Under the pieces are notes generated by a model. It made no database searches and was not told the DNA's origin. It saw only the letters and a list, made by a program, of their open reading frames with translations. Position numbers and translations under genes: made by a program. From Paramoeba atlantica (taxonomy: Eukaryota; Protista; Discosea), in contig CDRNVI010000026.1 in the NCBI GenBank assembly GCA_977017575.1, forward strand, positions 589,231 through 653,230: a stretch of 64,000 nucleotides of DNA. Direction: 5' to 3'. This document shows positions 42,001-51,036 of this stretch, one piece after another. Each line of letters begins with the position of its first letter. The first letter of the stretch is position 1.

Positions 42001-43845
42001 AGTCTTCAAAAAATCAAAGGTCTTCAAAAAAACAAAGGTCTTCAAAAAAACAAAGGTCTTCAAAAAAACAAAGGTCTTCAAAAAAACAAAGGTCTTCAAA
42101 AAAACAAAGGTCCTCAAAAAAACAAAGGTCTTCAAAAAAAACAAAGGTCATCAAAAAAACAAAGGTCTTCAAAAAAACAAAGGTCTTCAAAAAAAAAAAG
42201 GTCTTCAAAAAAACAAAGGTCTTCAAAAAAACAAAGGTCTTCAAAAAAACAAAGGTCTTCAAAAACAAAGGTCTTCAAAAAAACAAAGGTCTTCAAAAAA
42301 ACAAAGGTCTTCAAAAAAACAAAGGTCTTCAAAAAAACAAAGGTCTTCAAAAAAACAAAGGTCTTCAAAAAAACAAAGGTCTTCAAAAAAACATAGGTCT
42401 TCAAAAGAAGAAAGGTCTTCAAAAAAACAAAGGTCTTCAAAAAAACAAAGGTCTTCAAAAAAACAAAGGTCTTCAAAAACAAAGGTCTTCAAAAAAACAA
42501 AGGTCTTCAAAAAAACAAAGGTCTTCAAAAAAACAAAGGTCTTCAAAAACAAAGGTCTTCAAAAAAACAAAGGTCTTCAAAAAGTCAAAAGGTCTTCAAA
42601 AAAAAAGGTCTTCAAAAAAACAAAGGTCTTCAAAAAAACAAAGGTCTTCAAAAAAACAAAAGGTCTTCAAAAAAGGAAAGGTCTTCAAAAAAACAAAGGT
42701 CTTCAAAAAAACAAAGGTCTTCGAAAAAACAAAGGTCTTCAAAAAAACAAAGGTCTTCAAAAAAACATAGGTCTTCAAAAAAACAAAGGTCTTCAAAAAA
42801 ACGAAGGTCTTCAAAAAAACAAACGTCTTCAAAAAAACAAAGGTCTTCAAAAAAACAAAGGTCTTCAAAAAAACAAAGGTCTTCAAAAAAAAAAAGGTCT
42901 TCAAAAAAAACAAAGGTCTTCAAAAAAACAAAAGTCTTCAAAAAAACAAAGTCTTCAAAAAATCAAAGGTCTTCAAAAAAACAAAGGTCTTCAAAAAAAC
43001 AAAGGTCTTCAAAAAAACAAAGGTCTTCAAAAAAACAAAGTCTTCAAAAAAACAAAGGTCTTCAAAAAAACAAAGGTCTTCAAAAAAACAGAGGTCTTCA
43101 AAAAAACAAAGGTCTTCAAAAAATCAAAGGTCTTCAAAAAAACAAAGGTCTTCAAAAAAAAACAAAGGTCTTCAAAACAACAAAAGTCTTCAAAAAAACA
43201 AAGGTCTTCAAAAAAACAAAGGTCTTCAAAAAAACAAAGGTCATCAAAAAAACAAAGGTCTTCAAAAAAACAAAGGTCTTCAAAAAAACAAAGGTCTTGA
43301 AAAAAAACAAAGTTCTTCAAAAAAAACAAAGGTCTTCAAAAAAACAAAGGTCTTCAAAAAAACAAAGGTCTTCAAAAAAAACAAAGGTCTTCAAAAAAAC
43401 AAAGGTCTTCAAAAAAAACAAAGGTCTTCAAAAAAACAAAGGTCTTCAAAAAAACAAAGGTCTTCAAAAAAACAAAGTCTTCAAAAAAACAAAGGTCTTC
43501 AAAAAAACAAAGGTCTTCAAAAAAACAAACTTCTTCAAAAAAACAAAGGTCTTCAAAAAAACAAAGGTCTTCAAAAAAACAAAGGTCTTCAAAAAAACAA
43601 AGGTCTTCAAAAAAACAAAGGTCTTCAAAAAAAACAAAGGTCTTCAAAAAAACAAAGGTCTTCAAAAAAACAAAGGTCTTCAAAAAAACAAAGGTCTTCA
43701 AAAAAACAAAGGTCTTCAAAAAAACAAAGGTCTTCAGAAAAACAAAGGTCTTCAAAAAAACAAAGGTCTTCAAAAAAACAAAGGTCTTGAAAAAAACATA
43801 GGTCTTCAAAAAAACAAAGGTCTTCAAAAAAACAAAGGTCTTCAA
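1..43845 (+). repeat. 18-bp tandem satellite (CAAAGGTCTTCAAAAAAA)n, ~2,400 monomers, with higher-order repeats; extends past the window start
   Basis: Read directly. The monomer recurs throughout with A-run length variants (16, 19 and 20 bp units) and recurrent point variants (CATAGG, GAAAGG, GGTCATC, GGTCCTC, TTCGAAAA, AAAAAGTCAAAAGG, AAAGTTCTTC). The last monomer ends ...GGTCTTCAA at 43845. Confidence 0.98.
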
Positions 43846-44138
43846 TGTCCAGTGTGTTGCCAAAAACAAACGCAAGATATCTAATACTGGGAGGGAACCG
43901 GTCAACAAAAGGGGTATATTACTTCCTACTAGTACTGGAGTAAAATCGTCAGAAGAGAGTGAGGATCTAACCCTGGAAGCTGATTATGTTGGAAAAGATA
44001 AAAGTTATGAACAATTAAGAGTGCTTCACGAAAAAGTGGATAATAAGAGGGAAGATTCACCTAGGAGGAAGGTGTCTGCACGAAAAACAAAACAGTAGTT
44101 TTATCAGCCGATGTAAATCGGCCTTTTTGGATTGGATT
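43846..44138 (+). mobile_element. 3'-terminal fragment of an RTE-like non-LTR retrotransposon (lineage F)
   Basis: The open frame NVQCVAKNKRKISNTGREPVNKRGILLPTSTGVKS...REDSPRRKVSARKTKQ* aligns with the C-terminal tail of the 917-aa ORF (KKGTSPPVETGVDS...RANSPERKTSKRRIK). It is followed by stem-loop GCCGAT-GTAA-ATCGGC (44107-44122) and a TTTTGGATTGGATT tail. Confidence 0.75.
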
Positions 44139-44437
44139 TGATAGTACTGCACTGTTGCACAATACACGCTTCCCTCTGCATAACGATAGGGGCTACTGCA
44201 AGAGATTTGAAACATCTTTCAAGCAGTAGCCTTCTACAATACCAAGAAAGGTATGAGAAATATCGATTAATCATAGTAGACGAAGTGTCAAGGATCAGCA
44301 AGTGCTTCCTTCAATCAAAATCAACAATAGATTGCAGCAAATCAAAGGCAATGAGCAGCTCCCCTATGGAGGCATCAACATGCTCTTTGTTGGAGTGTTC
44401 ATCCAATTGGTAAAACCTCTGACCTCTGAGGGCCAAG
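44139..44437 (+). pseudogene. Pif1-family (SF1B) helicase relic, N-proximal piece
   Basis: Motifs CTIHASL, LIIVDEVS (Walker B-like) and, after a frameshift, RLQQIKG..LPYGGINMLFVGVFIQL (cf. PFGG..vi.vGDF.QL of Pif1/Helitron helicases). Confidence 0.75.
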
Positions 44438-47400
44438 CAAGCAGTGTGGGAAATGGCGAAGAAAGAGGAAGAGATCACATGGGAACACTTATCGGAAAAT
44501 ATGGTACACACAGCGAAAAGACTCTCAAAAAAGGAATGAACCCCAAAAACGACCAACGCACCTACAGGGACAGAAAACACACCACCGGGTACAGAAACAC
44601 CGCGCATCTCAGGGTTTCGCGACTTATTTCTTCAGAGTCGAAAACCGGACCACTTCAAGGAAGTGCTAAAAGAGCATGGAGAAGAAATTGAGGCGCAGAT
44701 TGGGCAAGAATGCGCCGAAATTGAAGCACGTCTGCGGCGAAACCGTTCTAATCCGTGGCGTACGCTACGTAGAATTTGCGGTTTGTACAGGGAGACTCTT
44801 TGCATCGAGACCTCGTCGACAAGGGAAACTCTTAAGATTGTTAAAGATTTCTTTGCTCGTATGGGGTCCGATGATCGCGGAGATAAAGATATAAAATTTG
44901 ACGAAGTAGTCAGCCCGAAAGTACCAATCAACGATGAAAGTTTCACTGTAGAAGAGCTCGAGGACGGCATCAGTAGACTAGCGCGCAACAAGGCACCTGG
45001 AATAGACCAAATTCCGGCGGAGGCACTCAGAATGATCACAGAACATGCTGAACTGAGAAAATCCTTATTACATATTATAAACGAGGTTCATCGAACAGGG
45101 GTTTCGCCTGCGTCCTGGAAAATTATCCTTCAGGTGCCTATTCCAAAAAAAGGCGACCTGACACAAATAGCGAATTGGCGGCCAATCTGTCTCGTGAACA
45201 GTGCGGTTAAATTGATGAATGCAATGATCCTGAAAAGAATCAGACCATCCATCGAGCCGCTCCTTCGCGACAGTCAATTTGGTTTTCGGCCAGAAAGGTC
45301 CACGGTAGGGGCGCAAATCATTTTGAATGATGCAAGAGTTCGTGCGACCAGGGGCAAGAAAGGCATTGCAGTGGCATTTATGGACTTCGCAAAAGCATTT
45401 CCCTCAGTATCCTTTCATGCGATCCGTGCTGCATTGAATGCCTTTCATGTCGGACCAGCGCTTACTAGGATGGTAATGTCCTTGTACTCGGATTTAAAAG
45501 GAATAGTCCGCACACCATACGGAAACACGGATTCTTTTCCCATTGAAACAGGAATTCTTCAAGGGGACGTGCTTGCTCCTTATCTCTTTGTGCTTGTAAT
45601 CGATAGGATTCTGAACAAAGCACTCGATAACAAGCCGCTCGGGATTCTTCTAATGAGCAGCGGGACGAAAAGCAGGGGAATTCAAGAATTTAGACTAAAG
45701 GACATCGACTACGCAGACGACATAGCACTTTTAGCTTCCACGAAACATGAAATATCGCAAATGATCGAAGCTACGGCAAATGAGGCAAAACCAGCTAATC
45801 TGAGGATTGCCGTGGGGAAAACCAAGACTGCGTGGATGGCCTTTGGGAAAGTTCCGGGGGGGACGCGAGAACTTCGAGCAGGATCGCTTGGCAAGATTCC
45901 TCTTGTGGATTCCTACCGGCATCTTGGTCATCTTCAAGATGCTACAGCATCATCCCCCATCAAGGACAGGTTAAGGCTCACATGGGCAGCATTTCGTAAA
46001 CTCAGTGGCATTTGGGCTTCTCCTCTGAGTGCTGCCACGAAAATACGCCTGTTTGACTGCTTGATCTACCCTATTTTAACGTTTGGTGCAGCCTGTCTTT
46101 CTCTTTCTAACAAAATGCTTCGAAAAACGGAGGTTGAGGTAAATATGATGAGGCGATTCGCTTGTAACTCAGCAACGCTTGCCGATTTCGGACACTGCTA
46201 CCCATTAGAGTCCTTGTATTGTGGTACGCCTCGATTTTCGACCGTGCATCGTGTTGCCCGTGCGAAAATCGTTGGCCACATGCTCAGGCACTCCTCTACG
46301 TTTCGCGAGCTCGTTCAATGGAATAGCACGGAAAAAACAAGAAATATTTCTCCTAGCGAAGCAAGTTTTAATGATCTAGGGGTCACTCTGGAGCAGGCGC
46401 TTGTTTACTCGCAGGATCGGATACACTGGCAAAAGCTATGCGATGAGCTCAGGCAGAAACTTGAACCACTTCCGATGTATGAGGTATTAAGGTCTCCAAG
46501 GTGGAAAACTAAACACACTCAAGCGGTCAAAAGCAAAAGCTCTTATGAGCTACAATTTGTGGAGGAAGGCTCGGATCCGTTCCCCATGAGTGAGGGTGAG
46601 GTTCATATGTATATTGATGGCTCTGTTCGGCAGTTGCGGGGGTCCAAGGAACAAAGATCCGGTGCGGGAATAGTTCTGAGAATGAGTGGAACAGAAGACA
46701 AATACTATTCCATAGCATTGGATGCTGGCTCAGCTGAGAGAGCTGAGGTTGAATCGCTGAGGGAAGCGCTGGACAGGATACCTAATGAGGCTCAAACAGT
46801 TGTCATACACACCGATTCGTTCTATGTATGGAATTTCTTCCATCATACTCGTCTACGACGGCGAATCATTGGGTATCACAATCTACCGAATGGGGGTATC
46901 CTTGAGAAATTGGATCGGGAAATTCGAACGCTCCAATCGATGGATAAAAGGTGTTACGTGTGCAAAGTGAAATCCCACAACGGGAACATTTACAATGAGA
47001 AGGCAGACACCTTGGCGCTTGCAGGGTCGAGAAAAATAGCCCCAGCCTCAGAAATAAAGAGGATAAAGACTGCGACGTCGCGCTCAGAAGCTCAAAGGGT
47101 TAGCTCAGAAACCGTTCAAACCATGAATCGTCCTCGGAAACACTGTGGCCAAATACCTAAGCCATTAGGGAAAAGACGGGATTACTTCAAGATTGCAGAA
47201 GGTGATCTTCTCTCAAAAAAGGGTACCTCGCCACCTGTAGAGACTGGAGTGGATTCTCCTGAAAAGAAAGAGTGTTTGCCTGAGGAATGTGATGCCAAAA
47301 ATACAAAGTTGCATGAAAGACGTACCACGCCCGGTTCAGCGGACAAGGAGCATGAAAGGGCGAATTCACCTGAGAGAAAGACGTCGAAGCGACGAATAAA

Positions 47401-47453
47401 ACGGATGTGTTCTTAACCGATGCAAATCGGTCTTATAGGATAGGATAGGATAG
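44438..47453 (+). mobile_element. 5'-truncated RTE-like non-LTR retrotransposon (lineage C) with RT and RNase H
   Basis: Flanked by 10-bp TSD GAGGGCCAAG (44428-44437 and 47454-47463). Begins in the APE-RT linker. Ends with stem-loop ACCGAT-GCAA-ATCGGT (47416-47431) and an (AGGAT)n tail. Confidence 0.9.
44663..47416 (+). CDS. Reverse transcriptase + RNase H portion of a non-LTR polyprotein (917 aa open frame, GTG-called start, no APE because of 5' truncation)
   Basis: RT motifs KAPGIDQIP, WRPICL, QFGFRPERST, FMDFAKAFPSV, GILQGDVLAPYLF, YADD. RNase H motifs YIDGS, RAEVE, HTDS, KVKSHNGNIYNEKAD (D-E-D-D plus His intact). Confidence 0.92.
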   Translation: MLKEHGEEIEAQIGQECAEIEARLRRNRSNPWRTLRRICGLYRETLCIETSSTRETLKIVKDFFARMGSDDRGDKDIKFDEVVSPKVPINDESFTVEELEDGISRLARNKAPGIDQIPAEALRMITEHAELRKSLLHIINEVHRTGVSPASWKIILQVPIPKKGDLTQIANWRPICLVNSAVKLMNAMILKRIRPSIEPLLRDSQFGFRPERSTVGAQIILNDARVRATRGKKGIAVAFMDFAKAFPSVSFHAIRAALNAFHVGPALTRMVMSLYSDLKGIVRTPYGNTDSFPIETGILQGDVLAPYLFVLVIDRILNKALDNKPLGILLMSSGTKSRGIQEFRLKDIDYADDIALLASTKHEISQMIEATANEAKPANLRIAVGKTKTAWMAFGKVPGGTRELRAGSLGKIPLVDSYRHLGHLQDATASSPIKDRLRLTWAAFRKLSGIWASPLSAATKIRLFDCLIYPILTFGAACLSLSNKMLRKTEVEVNMMRRFACNSATLADFGHCYPLESLYCGTPRFSTVHRVARAKIVGHMLRHSSTFRELVQWNSTEKTRNISPSEASFNDLGVTLEQALVYSQDRIHWQKLCDELRQKLEPLPMYEVLRSPRWKTKHTQAVKSKSSYELQFVEEGSDPFPMSEGEVHMYIDGSVRQLRGSKEQRSGAGIVLRMSGTEDKYYSIALDAGSAERAEVESLREALDRIPNEAQTVVIHTDSFYVWNFFHHTRLRRRIIGYHNLPNGGILEKLDREIRTLQSMDKRCYVCKVKSHNGNIYNEKADTLALAGSRKIAPASEIKRIKTATSRSEAQRVSSETVQTMNRPRKHCGQIPKPLGKRRDYFKIAEGDLLSKKGTSPPVETGVDSPEKKECLPEECDAKNTKLHERRTTPGSADKEHERANSPERKTSKRRIKRMCS

Positions 47454-47785
47454 GAGGGCCAAGAAAAGTTCCGCAATGCAATTGTCATTGTTTGAACAAA
47501 TATTGAACGACACAAGATTAATGTCGCAATGGCAAGAAATTTTGCCAGACGTCACAATTGCCCATTGTTCGCATGGGCAGGCGATAACGTCCAAGGTACT
47601 CATTGATAGAAAAAACTCATTGATACACACCCTGAAGCATTTTCTGTATTTGTAAAAGGAGCACCCGGTGTAATCACCGAGAATATTGCTCCTTGTAAGA
47701 TGAAAATTGCGAATGGGACCGTGATTGAAATGAAAGACCTTGTGTCAGACGATTTGTCATACGACACAAGTGGAATTAGGATTTG
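47454..47785 (+). pseudogene. Pif1-family helicase relic, downstream piece
   Basis: In the same frame as the TSD: EGQEKFRNAIVIV*TNIERHKINVAMARNFA...FVKGAPGVITENIAPCKMKIANGT, resembling the Pif1 N..R...N and l.vGapVml..N......l.NG motifs. Contains in-frame stops. Confidence 0.65.
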
Positions 47786-48198
47786 AAGAAGAAGAAGACA
47801 CGGAGGGCTCTGCAGCGCCAACCGTGAGGGCAGAGTCTCAGGTCACTGACCTTCATCGTCTTGCTACCCCGTTCCCAGACGGCACTCGACGCCTTGCGGC
47901 CCGAGCACGGCTACCCAACCGTAGCTACCAGGACGGGCGTCCACCCCTTTGCATCGTGTAGGCTGTGTCTCAAGCCTCCTTTGCGTAAGCAGCTCGCAAT
48001 TTAGCGGCTGCGCTGGAGCCTGGTTCAGCTCGGCGGTTCCGGGTCGGTCCTCCAGGGGAGCGGGGGGTGTGGGCCTTGAAGGCCCTTCCTGATCGCTTTC
48101 CCTTTCGAGTTTTGTCGATAGTGGGAATCGAACCCCCAACCTGCAGGTTGTAGGGCCCACCGTCTACCAACTACACTCGCACCGCTTTAATTGTAGGC
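47786..48198 (-). mobile_element. tRNA-derived SINE (family 1, tRNA-Val-like head) with (TTC)n tail
   Basis: The minus strand from 48185 reads GCGGTGCGAGTGTAGTTGGTAGAC...CCTACAA...GGGGGTTCGATTCCCACTATCGAC, with standard tRNA spacing, TAC at the anticodon position and B box GGTTCGATTCC. GC-rich body and TCTTCTTCTTCTTC tail. Probable 12-bp TSD with one mismatch: AATTAGGATTTG (47774-47785) and AATTTGGATTTG (48199-48210). Confidence 0.75.
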
Positions 48199-48258
48199 AA
48201 TTTGGATTTGCCTACACGTATCACAAAGTACAAGGAATTAACGTGAATAACGGTGTTT

Positions 48259-49380
48259 GACCATCTTTTTGTTAAGACCATCTTTTTGTTAATATTTTAA
48301 CAAAATGACGACGGATGCGTCCGGTGCGGTCGAGGTGCGCGTTGTTCGCAAATGTCTCGATCATTCCACGCTTGGTCGGGGCTCTCTTTTTCTGCCGCCT
48401 ATTCCGGTTGAAAATGAGGGTACAATACTCCTTCGCAGTGCGTTATCAAGTCTCATGCGCTGGATGCGTAGAGGTTGCCTTATTGCAGTCGTATGGCGGT
48501 ATGATGGTTCGAGTAAATACCGACTATGGGATGGAGATGTTATGGGAAACTTTGAGGATACTGATCGCTTCAGTGTGAAATATCATCAAAGAGCTGACCT
48601 GGTGTTTCCCTTCCCACCCATTTCCGCGAGAGTTATCATATGCGCTGTTCGAATGAGAGCGGCTCCCTCCCGGCGTAAGAGACGATGGCGTCGCTGCCCT
48701 ATCTAATCGACGTCGACCGGCGAGCATGTTGATCGCGCTTTGGAGAACCAAAATGGTTCGGCTGTGAAGGAGAAGTTGTCCATAGCGACCCTGAATGTGA
48801 CCTCATTAAAATTAGAGGGGGGGGATTTGTTTTCTATTCGATCATGTGTCCGATTGAAGGAAATATTGACCTTTATGAGTAGCAAGAGGATTCAGATACT
48901 GGGGTTGCAGGAAACGAGGTTCCGTTTTGATTCTCGTCTCTTTGGTGAGATTCTACGTCAGCAAACGGAGGACATGGGCGTTACGTATTACTTATATTTT
49001 TCCTCAGCCACGTCCGACCGTTCTTACAACGGAATGGCGCTCGTTAGTACTTTTCCTTTGGGAAAGGTGCGGGTTATCTCAGAACGGATTATGACTGCAC
49101 AGTTTCCTTGGGAAAACGGGAACGCTACACTATTCAATGTGCACGGTCCCATTAGGGATTCTTCTAGGGAAATGAAATCTACCTTCGGCGCTTCTTTAAG
49201 AAAAGCCGTTCGCGATCTTGACTCCACGAACCCCCAAAGACCTACGATCTTAATGGGAGATTTTAATTCCCCTTTAACGCTGGTCAACAAAACTGCTGAA
49301 GACAAAGCAGCTGTAGCTCGATTTCGCGCCTTACTTGTAGACGTTGGTTGCAATTCTGCCCACACTCTCTCACCAAGATC
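48259..49380 (+). mobile_element. 5' part of RTE-like element A: short 5' UTR, W-rich N-terminal domain and N-terminal part of the APE endonuclease; interrupted by element B
   Basis: ATG at 48305. ORFs 48305-48706 and 48740-49393 are in the same frame, separated by one TAA. APE motifs IATLNV, ILGLQETR, NVHGP, MGDFN. Stops at TCACCAAGATC (49370-49380), which is the TSD of B. Confidence 0.85.
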
Positions 49381-51036
49381 AACCTTTTTGTAAATTTTTG
49401 CAAAATGGCGGATGCGTCCGGTGCGCAGGAGTCCACGCGCATTATGAATCTTCTTTTGCGTTCCACGCTTGATCGGGGGGCCTTGTTTCGTCCTCACAAG
49501 GGCGGGAGGAGTCCTGCTAAGCTCCGCGCGAGGTCGTTGAGACAGTTGTTGCTGCGTATGGAAAAGGGGGCGAGGCTGGCAGTGGTGTGGAGATACGGGT
49601 ATAGTGATGATTTGAAGTTGTGGGAGGGGGTCGTCGAACGATGGCTTGGCTTGTGGCGCATTCGATACACCGAGCGCCTGCGTGAAACACTTCCGTTTCC
49701 CCCTTTAAGTCCTTTGATCGTTCTCTGCGCTGCTCGTGTTTTCAAACCTTTTTCCCTGTCCAGCAGAAAAAAGCGACATCGCAAAAGTAGGGCATTGTCC
49801 GGCAAACGTGCTCTTCATGACTCGGAGGGTCCTAGAGGCCCCGCTGTGAAGGGAAAGCTTAACGTGGCAACCTTGAATGTGACTAGTCTAAAGCTAAAGG
49901 GTGAGGATGAGTTTAGTTTGAGAAAGTGCGGGCACCTGTATGAAGTATTTAATTTTATGAATATGAAAGGAATCAATATTCTGGGAATGCAGGAGACAAG
50001 GTACAGATTTTGGTCTTCTGAAAAGTCGGAGGTACTTTGCCGCAAAGTACAATACCGGAATTCGGAATATTTCTTCAACCTCATTACAGCTCGCGCGAAG
50101 GATGCGTACAATGGAATGGGCATCGTAAGCTCAATGCCTATGTCCAAGGTATTTCGAGTAAGTAAAGGATCATGGCTGGTGAATTTGAGATGGAAGACGG
50201 AGTTGGGACAGTTGTTAATGTTTATGCTCCTACAAGAGATTCTTCGGAACTCGCGCTATCAACATTTTACGGAGGTTTAGAAAAGTGTTGCACAAAAGCA
50301 TTAGAAAACAATCTGCGACGCCCTCTTTTCGTGATAGGAGATTTCAACGCGCCCTTAACGCTTATATCAAACAAAGAAATGGACCCACTGGCTGTTGCTC
50401 GTCTCAAAGGTCTTTCCTGTGCTATGGGATGCAAATCCGCGCATAGCCTGTGCCCTAGTAGTAGGAAGTGGACCTGTGAGATGCCAAACAAAACTTTGCG
50501 TCAATTGGATCATATATTTATAAGCAGCCGATTCGCATCAGCCATTCAGCGCCACAAGGTCGTAAAGGCACCAGTTCCCACAACGCACTGCTGTGTAATT
50601 GCCAGTGTAAAAATTAAATGGAGAGCAGTAAACCCGAAAGCTGCAAATAATTATCTCTCTTGGGCCTTTCTTCGAAACAGTGAAAATCGTCAAGCATTTA
50701 TTACCAAAGTTCACTCTCAATCTGAGAAGGGGGGTAATATCATGCAAGGGTGGGAACGACTTTCGAACAGTCTAATAACCGCCGCCAAAAATTTTAAGAA
50801 GCCACAAAAACGTACGATAAACAGAGAACCTATTAAGCATGTGAAGATAAATAACCTGCGGGGCCTTTATCAGAGAAGCAGACAGAAGACTACGTTTAAT
50901 GAGTTAATAAAAGAACATAAAAAAGATATTGAACAGACCATTTCGGAAGAATGCTTAAAACTTGAGAACAAGCTTCGCGAGAATCACTCAAATCCATGGA
51001 GAACTCTTCGGCAAATATGTGGACAATACCGTACTC

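Noticed and set aside
1-43845. CRISPR array
   Set aside because: There are no unique spacers and no cas genes, and the context is eukaryotic retroelements.
494-43908. Hundreds of ORFs (FLKTFV/FEDLCF on the minus strand; up to 1165 aa KKTKVF/KNKGLQ/KKQRSS on the plus strand)
   Set aside because: These are translations of an 18-bp monomer that lacks stops on the + strand. Frames switch at every A-run indel and the starts are TTG/GTG variants. There is no coding signal.
48350-48385. HDV-like ribozyme suggested by TTCCACGCT conserved in A and B
   Set aside because: The flanking pairing in A is not preserved in B, and the conservation is explained at protein level (STL.RG).
49392-49401. Sm-site-like AATTTTTG or spliced-leader remnant in the B leader
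   Set aside because: Not conserved in the A leader and no match to spliced-leader sequences I know; likely an AT-rich coincidence.
49810-49845. 2A-like peptide (LHDSEGPRGP) just upstream of the APE
   Set aside because: It lacks the invariant NP of D(V/I)ExNPGP and is not conserved in lineage A.
48740-50700. Novel dual-APE retrotransposon (two endonuclease domains in tandem)
   Set aside because: Explained by element B inserted into A's APE with TSD TCACCAAGATC; A resumes at 61602.
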